This document shows, one piece after another, positions 36,950 through 46,914 of a DNA stretch of 64,000 nt (its first letter is position 1; the number at the start of each line of letters is the position of its first letter). The stretch is from positions 6,848 through 70,847 of IMG/VR virus record IMGVR_UViG_3300034684_000292; one strand, 5' to 3'. This DNA comes from a virus. Below the pieces are notes generated by a model that was given only the letters and a program-made list of their open reading frames with translations, was not told the DNA's origin and did no database searches. The translations under genes and the position numbers were made by a program.

Positions 36950-38659
36950 TTATTGTGTTATTGAAGTTAATATCCCATCATTTCGTTGAAGTGAAATCTT
37001 AATGCTCTCCGTACATTCCGTAGGAACATACAGAACATCAATATTCAACACTTTCCTGTCCTGAGTTGGAGGGTTGTTTGATTTATCACATATTCCCATA
37101 TATGCCTTAGCAAAAGGAATACTTCTTTCCAAAGCTCCATTGTCATATTCGCCCTTGAAGAATGTTTCCAATTCAACAAGCGCTTCACGTCTCAATTCGG
37201 GAGTGTTAGGTTTTTGTTCGAGAAATCTCATACTTTCAAACAAGCTCCTCGAATAGTACGAAGTTTGCATTCTGATATGTATGCTTTGATACAGAGGGTC
37301 AGTCGAATAAGACCTTGAAGTTCCTACATAGAAACCTTTGTTTTCTACATACTGTATTACGTTACAGGTAAATTCCCGAACAACTCTGTTGATTACTGTT
37401 TGGGATAATCTTGCAGGAACAACATCCAAAACCGTATTAAATACGGAATCAACCCCTGCCGGTGGAATATGAATAAAATCACCCTGTATGTAAGGAGTTC
37501 TTATATATCCTGCACCCAATATAGCACCAATAGCCGGTATCAATACAATATTTCCGAGTTCATCAGGCACTTTAACCCATCCCATGTAACCGGCCATGTA
37601 ACTTGTACCAGCCGATTGCAATTCCATAGCATACAATTCAGCCGTACCTGCATCCGCATTTAAAGGAAGATTGATAACCCCAATCGGCCCTTTTCTGTTT
37701 TCGAGATATTGTTTGAATATTTTCTCCAAAGATAGTGTATGAAATTCCGTATGCGCCAATATTTGAACATCATATCCGTCAAAACATGCAAAACCCTTAG
37801 GCTCAATTGCACTTTCCACAGGGTAAAAATCACTTTCGGAAACGGTTCCATCAAGTCCACCTGTAAGTGTTGCCGTGTAAGAAACATCATCCCTCACTTT
37901 TATGGCCGCACCTGTAACTGCAACAAAAGCCCTGCTTGTAAGAAGTGCCGATGTATTTGATGTAATACTTTGTACAGTTCCGATGAGTTTTCCTGTGGAA
38001 TCATATAAAACGCTTCCAACCTTTAAAGCCGTAAGAAAAGATGTACCGACACCCGTAAGATTATTCGAGGATAAAGTAGTAGTTACAGTACCCACAACAT
38101 TTTTCATAACTATCTTGGGAATTTCATTCGTGAATTCCACGATAGCATACTTGCTGACCCTGTTTACAGAACTTTGAATTTCCGCCAGAGAAGCACCCTG
38201 ATATTGCTCAATGTCCTCACCATATTCAATAGTAAGTAGGAAAGCATCCTTAGCTCTATATCCGTAAGAATATAGAGTAACTTTTATGTTGTTTCCCCAA
38301 ACACCGGCATCCTTACTGCCCTTATATCCGGCAGTAACATTCATGGTAGCTTCCTCTCCTAACGGTGCAGTTCCTGTTGCAGCAACAGCATCCTCTCCAA
38401 CAACCCTTGCTACATAAAGGGTAACAGGGGCATTTCCAACCTCATCAAAGATGTTTTTTACGATTCTTGGGCCGAAAAAGTTAGGGTCTTGTCCTCCAAA
38501 AATAACATTAAGGTCTTCAATAGAAGACACTTTGTTAGGCTGGAATGCAGCACCCCGAACAAATTGACCCAAAATTCCAATATTCCTCTTTGAAGGCCCT
38601 TTGTAAGAAGTAGCCCCTTTGGCTACGTCTTCAATAATTGTTAATCCAATATCGTTCAT
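36950..38659 (-). CDS. contractile tail sheath protein
   Basis: GILGQFVRG, YVARV, PPAG, EQKPNT, CDKSNNP. Confidence 0.9.
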   Translation of the reverse strand: MNDIGLTIIEDVAKGATSYKGPSKRNIGILGQFVRGAAFQPNKVSSIEDLNVIFGGQDPNFFGPRIVKNIFDEVGNAPVTLYVARVVGEDAVAATGTAPLGEEATMNVTAGYKGSKDAGVWGNNIKVTLYSYGYRAKDAFLLTIEYGEDIEQYQGASLAEIQSSVNRVSKYAIVEFTNEIPKIVMKNVVGTVTTTLSSNNLTGVGTSFLTALKVGSVLYDSTGKLIGTVQSITSNTSALLTSRAFVAVTGAAIKVRDDVSYTATLTGGLDGTVSESDFYPVESAIEPKGFACFDGYDVQILAHTEFHTLSLEKIFKQYLENRKGPIGVINLPLNADAGTAELYAMELQSAGTSYMAGYMGWVKVPDELGNIVLIPAIGAILGAGYIRTPYIQGDFIHIPPAGVDSVFNTVLDVVPARLSQTVINRVVREFTCNVIQYVENKGFYVGTSRSYSTDPLYQSIHIRMQTSYYSRSLFESMRFLEQKPNTPELRREALVELETFFKGEYDNGALERSIPFAKAYMGICDKSNNPPTQDRKVLNIDVLYVPTECTESIKISLQRNDGILTSITQ

Positions 38660-38692
38660 ATTTAAAATTTTATTAGCTAATAAATGCCCCTT

Positions 38693-39115
38693 TTATTTTA
38701 TAAGTAGTCCTATAATTGCTCCCACAGATACACTTACTACTCCGACTCTAATCATATTTTTGTTATGCTTCCTTTTATTGTCCTTAATAGTTTGGTCGAG
38801 ATGTTCAATGTATCCCTTAGATTCCTCATATTGTTTCTTCGTTAAGTTAATAATAGAATCTTGTTGTTGTGAAACTTTACTCAACTCCTGATACATTTGA
38901 TTTGTATATTGGAGCTCCTTCTTTAAATACAGATTTACCTCTTTCAGATTATTATAGCCGTTAATTGTTCTGTTGATTATTATCATCTGAGGAACAGTAA
39001 TAGCTATAATAGTATCACCTTTCTGAGAAATCATTTTCGCCGGATAAGTAGTCTGACAAAAACCGTAAGTTTGCATCAGTACCAGCATAAACAAGCCAAT
39101 TATCCACTTTTTCAC
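38693..39115 (-). CDS. signal peptide + coiled coil + C-terminal TM protein (spanin-like)
   Basis: MKKWIIGLFMLVLMQTYGFC|Q; overlaps the upstream TM/coiled-coil gene. Confidence 0.5.
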   Translation of the reverse strand: MKKWIIGLFMLVLMQTYGFCQTTYPAKMISQKGDTIIAITVPQMIIINRTINGYNNLKEVNLYLKKELQYTNQMYQELSKVSQQQDSIINLTKKQYEESKGYIEHLDQTIKDNKRKHNKNMIRVGVVSVSVGAIIGLLIK

Positions 39116-39362
39116 CTTGCTTCTCGATATAAATTATAGTACCCTGTACTTTTGTAATTTCAACTTTCAGGCTATCGATGGTTTCCTTACCTGCCAAAAT
39201 TCTCCTGTTTAGAGAATTTATGGAATCTTGCAACATTTCGATTTTCTTTTCGTAAATGTCCTGTTCCGTAGGTTTAGATTTCCTTATAAATATTGCCCAT
39301 ACAAATATAAGAATAATAACTACCCCTACAAAAATAATCCAATATTTATTGTTTTTAATCAT
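39015..39362 (-). CDS. N-terminal TM + coiled coil protein (i-spanin-like)
   Basis: YWIIFVGVVIILIFVWAIFI then heptads. Confidence 0.5.
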   Translation of the reverse strand: MIKNNKYWIIFVGVVIILIFVWAIFIRKSKPTEQDIYEKKIEMLQDSINSLNRRILAGKETIDSLKVEITKVQGTIIYIEKQGEKVDNWLVYAGTDANLRFLSDYLSGENDFSER

Positions 39363-39816
39363 CCCATTCAGCCATGTCAATCCATTTTCCTTCATCATCC
39401 CAATAACCCGTTTCAAGAATCCATTTTACACCGTTCTCATCATATTCAGGAAACGTTCTTATAAGTCCCTGTCTTACGTATGGTAGTAATTGTTCAATTT
39501 CCTTTTGTGCCACATGCACATATTGTGTTGGAAGTAGTCTTATCGAACCCGCATTAAACGGAAGTTCCACCATAAAATTTACAATAGACGCCACTACATA
39601 TTTTCCGGGCTGAGGTTGTATGTACTCAAAATCGAAAGGAAGAGACCCTAATGGAGCCAGCCTCACATAAGGTGCATAAACATTTATGGGAAGTTTACCC
39701 GAATTGACTAAATTTTCCGCAATTACTCTGCTTTCAAGAATACATGTTTCCTTGATATAATCAATAGCCGCTTGTTTTGCGCCCTTTAAATCGGTTATGG
39801 TAAATCCTACTGTCAT
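39355..39816 (-). CDS. putative virion protein
   Basis: C-terminal WILETGYWDDEGKWID..WDD motif; structural context. Confidence 0.55.
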   Translation of the reverse strand: MTVGFTITDLKGAKQAAIDYIKETCILESRVIAENLVNSGKLPINVYAPYVRLAPLGSLPFDFEYIQPQPGKYVVASIVNFMVELPFNAGSIRLLPTQYVHVAQKEIEQLLPYVRQGLIRTFPEYDENGVKWILETGYWDDEGKWIDMAEWDD

Positions 39817-40040
39817 CTTTCAATAAGTCCTATATTTAATGGTATCACAAAATCCTCAGGTACTTCAATAGTTTGCTTGGGTGCAATAGATACAGCCTTA
39901 CCGTTTATATCAAGCTCGATTTTGTTGTTACTTATATTCCACACTTTCCTTGTTGCAGGTTTTTTTGGAGCACTTTTTGCTTTTGGAGTAGTTTTTTCGG
40001 TTACTACATCCGTTTTTTCGGTTGTTAGTTCTTTATCCAT
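39813..40040 (-). CDS. small hypothetical virion protein
   Basis: structural operon. Confidence 0.55.
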   Translation of the reverse strand: MDKELTTEKTDVVTEKTTPKAKSAPKKPATRKVWNISNNKIELDINGKAVSIAPKQTIEVPEDFVIPLNIGLIER

Positions 40041-40617
40041 TTTGTTTTGGTGTTACAGTTAATACAATATTCTTTACAAGTTCCACTTCCTTAGGTTCGG
40101 TTAAGTATATCCAAGCCGATAAATTAAATTCCATATTAGTTTCAAAAATTCCGTCGCTTCTCGGAATATCCGTCATTCTCATAGTGTAAGGAACAACATC
40201 TCCGATAATATCGCCGTCTATTATTTTTTGGTTGAATATAAAACCAACCTCAACATTAAATCTGCGTTGGAAATAATCCCTCAATAAAATAGATTCTTTG
40301 TATCCTTTTGATGCAAGTCCTACATCATATCTGAAATTCATCCATACAGGGTTCCTGTATATAAAAGCGGTTAAACCGTCCTCAGAAACTCCACTTATCC
40401 TTGTTTTCATATCGATAAACCATTCAGGCTTCATTTCAGGAGCATAATCCTGTATGGTAGTGCACGGATAAGTCTCAGGAGTATTTTCTACATAATTATA
40501 GCTGGACTTTTTAAAATATCTGCTCGGAACATGAATAAAATCATTTCCCACAGGAACATGTATCCCATGAAACAATTTAAAAAATTCCGTATTTACCTGA
40601 GTTATCGAAGTTAGCAT
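40033..40617 (-). CDS. putative tail terminator/completion protein
   Basis: YPCTTI, position between neck and sheath. Confidence 0.55.
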   Translation of the reverse strand: MLTSITQVNTEFFKLFHGIHVPVGNDFIHVPSRYFKKSSYNYVENTPETYPCTTIQDYAPEMKPEWFIDMKTRISGVSEDGLTAFIYRNPVWMNFRYDVGLASKGYKESILLRDYFQRRFNVEVGFIFNQKIIDGDIIGDVVPYTMRMTDIPRSDGIFETNMEFNLSAWIYLTEPKEVELVKNIVLTVTPKQNG

Positions 40618-41012
40618 TACAGCATCCGTTTATATTTCTGTTTAGTATATTTCTCTACAAATTTAGCGATTTTATCCTCAGCTCTATCGAACATGTCCCT
40701 TTGTTTTTCGTCAATTTCCAAGTATTTCGGCTCAGAAGTATTTACATGAGCAAACATATCGGATATTCTTTTACTCTCCTTTTTACGATATGCAGCATCC
40801 CATGCCTCAGCTTCACTTTTAGTAGTAGGAGGTTTGTAAATATCCTCCACAGGTGTCTGTGGTACTGTCGGCTTATTGGTTGGAACACTTTTTGGCTTAC
40901 CGATATTGCCAAAAATTCCCTTGAAACCAACACGTCTTTTGTACGGTTTGACTTCAAAGGTTTTACCATCCTCACTTCTACGATAGCCCTTAACGATTAT
41001 TTCCTTTGCCAT
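40617..41012 (-). CDS. basic protein with VKGYRR...GK...VKPYKR motif
   Basis: MAKEIIVKGYRRSEDGKTFEVKPYKRR; inside head-tail operon. Confidence 0.65.
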   Translation of the reverse strand: MAKEIIVKGYRRSEDGKTFEVKPYKRRVGFKGIFGNIGKPKSVPTNKPTVPQTPVEDIYKPPTTKSEAEAWDAAYRKKESKRISDMFAHVNTSEPKYLEIDEKQRDMFDRAEDKIAKFVEKYTKQKYKRML

Positions 41013-41448
41013 TGTTTTCAAAAAAATCTATGATTCGTTGTTCAGCCTCATCCTTAAAATCCCTATATGTAAATCTCCAAACAGGAAATCCGGGAACATG
41101 TTTATCCTTAGTTCCATATTCCAAAATCATGGCAAGTTGCAAGTTGGTTAAACCGTTTTTTCTTGGAGTATCCATTACAGATACAGAAGTTCCTTCTCTG
41201 TAAATGGACTCAATTAACTCACCCGTACTAATCATCGGAACATCACTTCCCTTTCTGTCAATTGTACTCTCAGCAAGTTCAAACCCGTAAGTATTGTTCT
41301 CAATATTTTCAATAATGGTATCCATAAAATCCTGAGCAATTTCCTCACCGAGCATTTGCATGTCGTTCTCAAAATCCGCAACTCTCGGTTTTTTAAAACC
41401 CGGTGGTGGTTTTAGTAGTGCCTTAGGCATTCTTGGAAACTTTCTCAT
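40990..41448 (-). CDS. neck/virion morphogenesis protein (HK97 gp10/Mu gpG-like)
   Basis: LAESTIDRKG..PMISTGELIESI, LEYGT, VPGFPVWR. Confidence 0.7.
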   Translation of the reverse strand: MRKFPRMPKALLKPPPGFKKPRVADFENDMQMLGEEIAQDFMDTIIENIENNTYGFELAESTIDRKGSDVPMISTGELIESIYREGTSVSVMDTPRKNGLTNLQLAMILEYGTKDKHVPGFPVWRFTYRDFKDEAEQRIIDFFENNGKGNNR

Positions 41449-41627
41449 AATTCCATGTCGTCTTTATACTCAACGGGTAATTTTCTTTCTTCATATTCAA
41501 TATCTGCACCGTACCTGTTTTCTCTGAAATTTACAGGAATTTTCTTTGCTCTCGGAATAATAGATTTGGGATTCTCAAGAGTAATTTTCTTTTCCTCAAT
41601 AGGTGCTCTAACCTCCTTTTGTAGCAT
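41445..41627 (-). CDS. small hypothetical protein
   Basis: fills gap, ATGA-coupled to the next gene. Confidence 0.5.
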   Translation of the reverse strand: MLQKEVRAPIEEKKITLENPKSIIPRAKKIPVNFRENRYGADIEYEERKLPVEYKDDMEL

Positions 41628-42045
41628 CTTTCAAAAATATTTGAATTGCAATACAACTTCCATACATCTCTTCAAGATAGTCGATTTTGTCGATAACCTG
41701 AACAGCTCCATTAAAATGAATAACGGTTTTGTCCTTATCAACTCTGTAAGTTCCTAATTTAGGTAATACCTGTAATGGAGATAAGTAAACTATTCCGTTT
41801 ACCAAATTGGTTATTCCGTACTTTTCCCTTGTTCTTGTGGAAATATCTTTTTCGTAAAGTGCATTAAACGTATATTCCACAGAATCCCGTTTACTGTCTC
41901 CTACAAACATATCCAAATCAAACTCACCGTCTGTGGGTGTCTCTACAACGGAAAAAATTTCCATAGTTAGTGTATGAGGTGTACTCATTATCTTATTGTG
42001 GAAATTCTTTTGATATACTTTGAAAGCCGATTCGTTTATCAACAT
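41608..42045 (-). CDS. putative head closure/stopper protein
   Basis: position and size. Confidence 0.5.
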   Translation of the reverse strand: MLINESAFKVYQKNFHNKIMSTPHTLTMEIFSVVETPTDGEFDLDMFVGDSKRDSVEYTFNALYEKDISTRTREKYGITNLVNGIVYLSPLQVLPKLGTYRVDKDKTVIHFNGAVQVIDKIDYLEEMYGSCIAIQIFLKDATKGG

Positions 42046-42050
42046 CCCAA

Positions 42051-42935
42051 TTATGATTGCTTAGATACGATTCCTCTCGATAACGGTGATAACGTAAACG
42101 GATAAGAATCGTAGTATGCTCTGAAATCCAAATCTCGTACAAGATTAAGTCTTCCACCCATAACAGTATCTTTCCGTAATGAGTAATCACCGAAATCTTC
42201 TTCAATAAGTCCTCTCAGATATAACATGAGTTTATACCAAAATGAGTATCTGTCTCCCCATGTATTATCGGAGCCAACTCTATTGAAATCCTCATAAAAA
42301 TACCCCTGAGTAACATCTTCGGTAATTGAAAATACAGAACCTATATTTACGGTTGTGCTCGAAGGTAATGTAACTCCACTTCCCGCAGTATAATTGCTAC
42401 CATCGGAAAAAGTCTCACCCACGTGTGTAACAGCATTCTCATAAAGTCTTCTTCGTTCAACCAACTTATAGGATACCCATATAGCCATGTGTTTTTCGGA
42501 AGGTCTTTTGAGTTTAGCCACTATTTCGTCTGTAACTTCAACATTAGGTAAATCCAATACTTTAAGATAGTAGTTCTTAATCTCATCGATTAAAGATGAA
42601 TCCGAAAAGAAATACCTTCTGTACAGAGTAACATTTTCCGTTAAATCGGTTTCTCTGGGCATCAATGAAGTGCTTGGCTCATCATTCTTAAAATAAGGAG
42701 TGAATGCAAGTACTACTCCGTCATCCAGCAATTTGTTTGTAAGCTCGTACAGAGTAGGATAATCCGTAAACTCATACAAGGTTTCCGAACCAGACTTAGT
42801 TATCCTAAGTAGGTCTTTATCTACTTTTACAGCTGCATCAGCCGACTGTTTTAAAGTAAATGCCGGAATTATGAAGCGGTCAAAGGTTAGCTCTCTGACC
42901 GACATCATAATCTCTTGTAGTGTTACCGAAGCCAT
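42051..42935 (-). CDS. putative head-tail adaptor
   Basis: position after capsid; YFFSD motif. Confidence 0.5.
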   Translation of the reverse strand: MASVTLQEIMMSVRELTFDRFIIPAFTLKQSADAAVKVDKDLLRITKSGSETLYEFTDYPTLYELTNKLLDDGVVLAFTPYFKNDEPSTSLMPRETDLTENVTLYRRYFFSDSSLIDEIKNYYLKVLDLPNVEVTDEIVAKLKRPSEKHMAIWVSYKLVERRRLYENAVTHVGETFSDGSNYTAGSGVTLPSSTTVNIGSVFSITEDVTQGYFYEDFNRVGSDNTWGDRYSFWYKLMLYLRGLIEEDFGDYSLRKDTVMGGRLNLVRDLDFRAYYDSYPFTLSPLSRGIVSKQS

Positions 42936-42937
42936 AC

Positions 42938-43204
42938 TTATTTTCTGTAAGCCTTACGAGAATTAGTAAGAATAGCTGCTACATCCACAGGAACTTTCTG
43001 GTCGGTGCCCTTACGGAATTTATACTTTGCTCCACCAATAGTGGCATCAACATCCTCAAGTGTATGTATCTCTACCAACTTTTTTGTATCCTTAGATACT
43101 TTCACTTCGATAGTCGGTGCTACCTCTACTTCTTCGTTAATTTCTACCTCGTTTACAGGTGTAATTTTAATCTCTTTTTCTTCAATATCTGCTTTCTTAG
43201 CCAT
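42938..43204 (-). CDS. small post-capsid protein
   Basis: YKFRKG..QKVPVDVA motif typical of genes following MCP. Confidence 0.6.
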   Translation of the reverse strand: MAKKADIEEKEIKITPVNEVEINEEVEVAPTIEVKVSKDTKKLVEIHTLEDVDATIGGAKYKFRKGTDQKVPVDVAAILTNSRKAYRK

Positions 43205-43226
43205 AATGTAAAGTATTTATAAATTT

Positions 43227-43242
43227 AAAAGGGCAAAGCCCT
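43227..43242 (-). terminator. short terminator after major capsid gene
   Basis: AGGGC-TTT-GCCCT followed by TTT. Confidence 0.55.
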
Positions 43243-43250
43243 CACTACTC

Positions 43251-44246
43251 TTATGCAGTGAGAGCTTTGACAATATTACGTTCTTCAAGAATTCCTGTTC
43301 CCCAAATACCATACCATCCGAGAGTATGTTTACGACCTAACTCTACAACTCCATCATCACGAAGTTCCACATCAAGTGCAACACCCCATGCGTAAGCATT
43401 ATCTCCAAAGAACACTGCCTCATAAGCATCCGTAACAGTTGCTCCTGCACCGTATTTTTCTGCAATACCGGCCGCATTTAGATGGGGCATTTGAGTTGAC
43501 TCTATAAAAATACATCCTTCGTACATACCAACTTCACCTACATACAATTGTCTTCGTCCCATATAAGTATTGGCATTAATCCAATCCTTATCATCTCGAA
43601 GCTGACGTAATTGATGAGGGTGTGCTATACATACGTAGTAATCTCCATTAATTCTTGGTGCATCATTGGTTGCCAATACTTCAACGGCATCCTTAACAGT
43701 CTTAGTTGTAAGTCCGTCGTTAGTAGCAAGGTCTGAAAGAGAAGTAGCATCTCCACCGTAAACAACGTTTGGAGTAAGTAATACGGCATCTCTAAATTGT
43801 CCGTCAAGAACAACCGCCATATTGTTAGCCAACAATCTACTTGCATCGCCTAATACATCAAGTAATGAAGTTCTAAGTAAGTATTCCGTAACTTGTATAG
43901 AGTTTGCTTGTTCCTTTACAGGTATTACAATCTCGGAAGTACTCATACCTTCCGGTGTAAGAACATCCGATTCATTTAGAGTTCCACCACCAGCCAAATT
44001 TCCATATTTTACGAACACAATAGCTTTTCCACGAACAGCCTGTAAATCTCGTTTGACTTTTGCAAATTGCAAAAAACGAAGTCTCGGCTGAGCCTGAAAC
44101 ATAACTTCTTGTGAGTAAAAATCACGTACTGCCTGAGGGATAGACGTATAACCGCCTTCATTTGCAGAAGCCGAAGTTGTTTCCCCAAACACAAAAATGC
44201 TCGAAATGGCCAAAATTCCGGCCATCATTAAAATAATAGTTACCAT
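43251..44246 (-). CDS. major capsid protein (N4 gp56-like, HK97 fold)
   Basis: FLQFA, LTPEG, YYVCIAHPHQ..QLRDD..W, GEVGMYEG, ELGR...GWY. Confidence 0.9.
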   Translation of the reverse strand: MVTIILMMAGILAISSIFVFGETTSASANEGGYTSIPQAVRDFYSQEVMFQAQPRLRFLQFAKVKRDLQAVRGKAIVFVKYGNLAGGGTLNESDVLTPEGMSTSEIVIPVKEQANSIQVTEYLLRTSLLDVLGDASRLLANNMAVVLDGQFRDAVLLTPNVVYGGDATSLSDLATNDGLTTKTVKDAVEVLATNDAPRINGDYYVCIAHPHQLRQLRDDKDWINANTYMGRRQLYVGEVGMYEGCIFIESTQMPHLNAAGIAEKYGAGATVTDAYEAVFFGDNAYAWGVALDVELRDDGVVELGRKHTLGWYGIWGTGILEERNIVKALTA

Positions 44247-44275
44247 GTCTTAAGTTTTTGTTTTTATTTTGTTAT

Positions 44276-45022
44276 TTACTGACCCTGTCCGTACATGCTG
44301 CTAAGCTGCTCCTGTAACGCCTTCCGATTTTTTGCAAATTCTTCGGGTGTCATTCGTTTAGGAAAAGCCGGTGCATTTACGTCTGGGGCTTGCCGACGTG
44401 GTATAGGTGAAATTTGGCTTTCAGTTACCATTGGTTCCACAACATGTTGTGTAGGAGCTTGTATCTGTTGTTCCAATGTCTGTTTCTGAATAAGTGGGTC
44501 AACAACTTTTCCTCCCGTAGGAGTAGGTGTGTTTGCACTTGGGTATGATGCTCGGATTCTAATGGATTCTTTCAATGAGCTTTCAAGTTCTTCTTTAGTG
44601 TTCCCTTTTACCAATTCCGGTATACACGTGGCTAAATTTTCTCGTATCAGTTTTTCCCTGTACTCGTTAAGTTCAATAGCTTTACGTTCGGCATCCGTAT
44701 CGATTATCGGTTTAACGGCTTCATTAATAGCCGCTCTGACTGTACTTTCAATATCCGCTTTGGTAACAAACGAGTTCTTCAAGGCCTCGATAAGTTTTTT
44801 CTCGTCAAAAGGGGCAGATGACGGTTCCACTTCTACGGTTCTCAAATCATCAATCTGTTTCCTCAAAGCATCAATCTGTGAGTACAATTTCGATTTCTCT
44901 ACTTTTGCCACTTCTGAAATTAAACTTTTAAGTTCTGGGGTTTCTGAAATTTTGTAAGTAACATCCGCAATCGTAATACTTTCCGGGATTCGTGCTTCTG
45001 GGTTTGTTTGTTCTTCTTTCAT
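44276..45022 (-). CDS. capsid scaffolding protein
   Basis: EKSKLY, IPELVKG.T.EE, MTPEEFAKNR; directly upstream of MCP. Confidence 0.75.
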   Translation of the reverse strand: MKEEQTNPEARIPESITIADVTYKISETPELKSLISEVAKVEKSKLYSQIDALRKQIDDLRTVEVEPSSAPFDEKKLIEALKNSFVTKADIESTVRAAINEAVKPIIDTDAERKAIELNEYREKLIRENLATCIPELVKGNTKEELESSLKESIRIRASYPSANTPTPTGGKVVDPLIQKQTLEQQIQAPTQHVVEPMVTESQISPIPRRQAPDVNAPAFPKRMTPEEFAKNRKALQEQLSSMYGQGQ

Positions 45023-45059
45023 CTTATTTCTTCATTAGAAAAGTTACTCCTGTTAGTAC

Positions 45060-45239
45060 TTACTTAATAATCCGTTTACGTAATTGTTCCGTCCCACCAT
45101 TCAATGTAGCTTGAGACATGTTTTCTCTCGATACAAGTGGTGCTTCGGGTGTACCCGGATTAACGAATTTGTCGGATACTGCCTTGCTGGTATCCTTTGC
45201 AACATCGTGCAAATCCTCTGCATTAATTTTGTTGTTCAT
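45060..45239 (-). CDS. 59-aa protein between portal and scaffold (not in ORF track)
   Basis: MNNKINAEDLHDVAKDTSKAVSDKFVNPGTPEAPLVSRENMSQATLNGGTEQLRKRIIK. Confidence 0.6.
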   Translation of the reverse strand: MNNKINAEDLHDVAKDTSKAVSDKFVNPGTPEAPLVSRENMSQATLNGGTEQLRKRIIK

Positions 45240-45328
45240 CTTTCTAAAAATTATTAATTAAACAATAAATCTGATAGCACCTCAAAATTATAACAAATAA
45301 ATTGAAATGCGAAATATATTTTAGATTT

Positions 45329-46912
45329 TTATTCTTTTTCCATTTGCTCAGTATCTTCCTGATTAGTATCCTCAGTATCCTCCGTATTATAAGAACCTTC
45401 ATTTTCGGTGGCTCCACTTCCCATTCCATTCATAGTTCCCGAACCAAGCATCTCCTGCAATTTTACTTGCAACATTGCTTGTTCAATCATATCCTCATCA
45501 ATTTCCTCAAGTAATTCGGGTACATTTTGTTTACCCATGCGTTCCATCCACTCTCTGCGTGAACCGATTTTGAGTTGGCTTTCAAGTTGTGCTCTTTGCA
45601 AATCCTCCATTTTGTCTCTTGGAAATCCGAAAGCGAAAACAGGTACAATCTGCATTTCCGTAAGAAAGTTTTTATTTTTGGAAAATACTCTTTTAAGTCT
45701 CTCATCATTTGGATTCTCAATATTGAGAATTCTCATAATCATTGAATTTATTCTGGTAATTCCTTCTCCGTACATTGTAGCCTTTAAATTGGCTTGTTGT
45801 ACCAGAGGTTGATATGTAATCTGCAATGCAGCCGCAGAAGTATTGCTTATTGCCTGTATTTTACCGAGTGCATTTTCAGGTACATCCGATAATTCGTGCA
45901 TAGCCAATTTCAGGTCTCTCGCAAAATTTGTGGCCGCAGAAATATCCACATCCAAACCAAGATTAAATACATTAGCTTCCGCAGGTAATCCCGACCATAT
46001 CTGACCGAGTCCTTTTTTCAGTGATTTTGCCGATGCACCCGTTATTACGGTTGTAGGTGTAACATGATAATCTATAACCGACTTTATTGTCTGCATCAAT
46101 TCATTGTACACCTTATTTATCTTCAATATATCGTTTGCATCCGACTTACCATAATACCCCGCCGAATTTGGCCTATTCTTAATATGTATAACAGGGATAA
46201 AACCGTATTTGTTCTTATCCTTTTTCTCCTCAAATTTCTGAACATTGTTAAGTTCAACACCTTTTTGATACCATTCGCTTATGTGAGTTTTACTTATTTC
46301 CCTAACCCACATTTTATATCCGCTTTTAGTGGTTTTTGGGTCGAGTGTCTGCCGTATCCGTATAGATTTTATATCGTTGAAATCTCCATTATTGAATTCC
46401 GGGAATGTTTGCCTACTGTCATAAACTTCAATTTTACAGAATTTTTCGGTATCATCCCAATTAATTCCAATCCAACAATCTCCCGTTATACTTCCCATTT
46501 GCAACATTTCGTAAGCAACCGTTTCTTTTCCCGATTTACCCCAATGATACATCATGAGTTGTTCAACATCCTTTTCAAGTTCCCTGTCTATTTGCTCCGA
46601 ATAAAAACTTTTTACCTGAAATGAGAATGCTTCCTCACCAAGTAAAAACATGATAACTTTATCTATGAAAGCCCTTATGTAATTGAATGAAAGCAATCCG
46701 TCATTGAAATCCTTGTAGTGTAACCCCTCATAAAATTTCCAAAACAGATAGTATTTTGTTACTCTGTCGAGTTCCCATTCACTGTCATTTACAATATTCT
46801 GAGATACAAAAGACCTCAATATTGTGGTGGCTTCTCCAAGTGGTTTAGCATCGGGATTCCAATGCTGGCTCATAGGATAACCACTGTAACTGTTATAATC
46901 TATACTGCTCAT
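45329..46912 (-). CDS. portal protein (SPP1 gp6-like)
   Basis: FYEGLH, NKYGFIPVIHIKN, GKSD, SNTSAAAL; follows terminase. Confidence 0.9.
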   Translation of the reverse strand: MSSIDYNSYSGYPMSQHWNPDAKPLGEATTILRSFVSQNIVNDSEWELDRVTKYYLFWKFYEGLHYKDFNDGLLSFNYIRAFIDKVIMFLLGEEAFSFQVKSFYSEQIDRELEKDVEQLMMYHWGKSGKETVAYEMLQMGSITGDCWIGINWDDTEKFCKIEVYDSRQTFPEFNNGDFNDIKSIRIRQTLDPKTTKSGYKMWVREISKTHISEWYQKGVELNNVQKFEEKKDKNKYGFIPVIHIKNRPNSAGYYGKSDANDILKINKVYNELMQTIKSVIDYHVTPTTVITGASAKSLKKGLGQIWSGLPAEANVFNLGLDVDISAATNFARDLKLAMHELSDVPENALGKIQAISNTSAAALQITYQPLVQQANLKATMYGEGITRINSMIMRILNIENPNDERLKRVFSKNKNFLTEMQIVPVFAFGFPRDKMEDLQRAQLESQLKIGSRREWMERMGKQNVPELLEEIDEDMIEQAMLQVKLQEMLGSGTMNGMGSGATENEGSYNTEDTEDTNQEDTEQMEKE

Positions 46913-46914
46913 AT

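Noticed and set aside
45244-45429. 61-aa minus-strand ORF with RILRIL repeats
   Set aside because: Alternate frame of the acidic portal C-terminus
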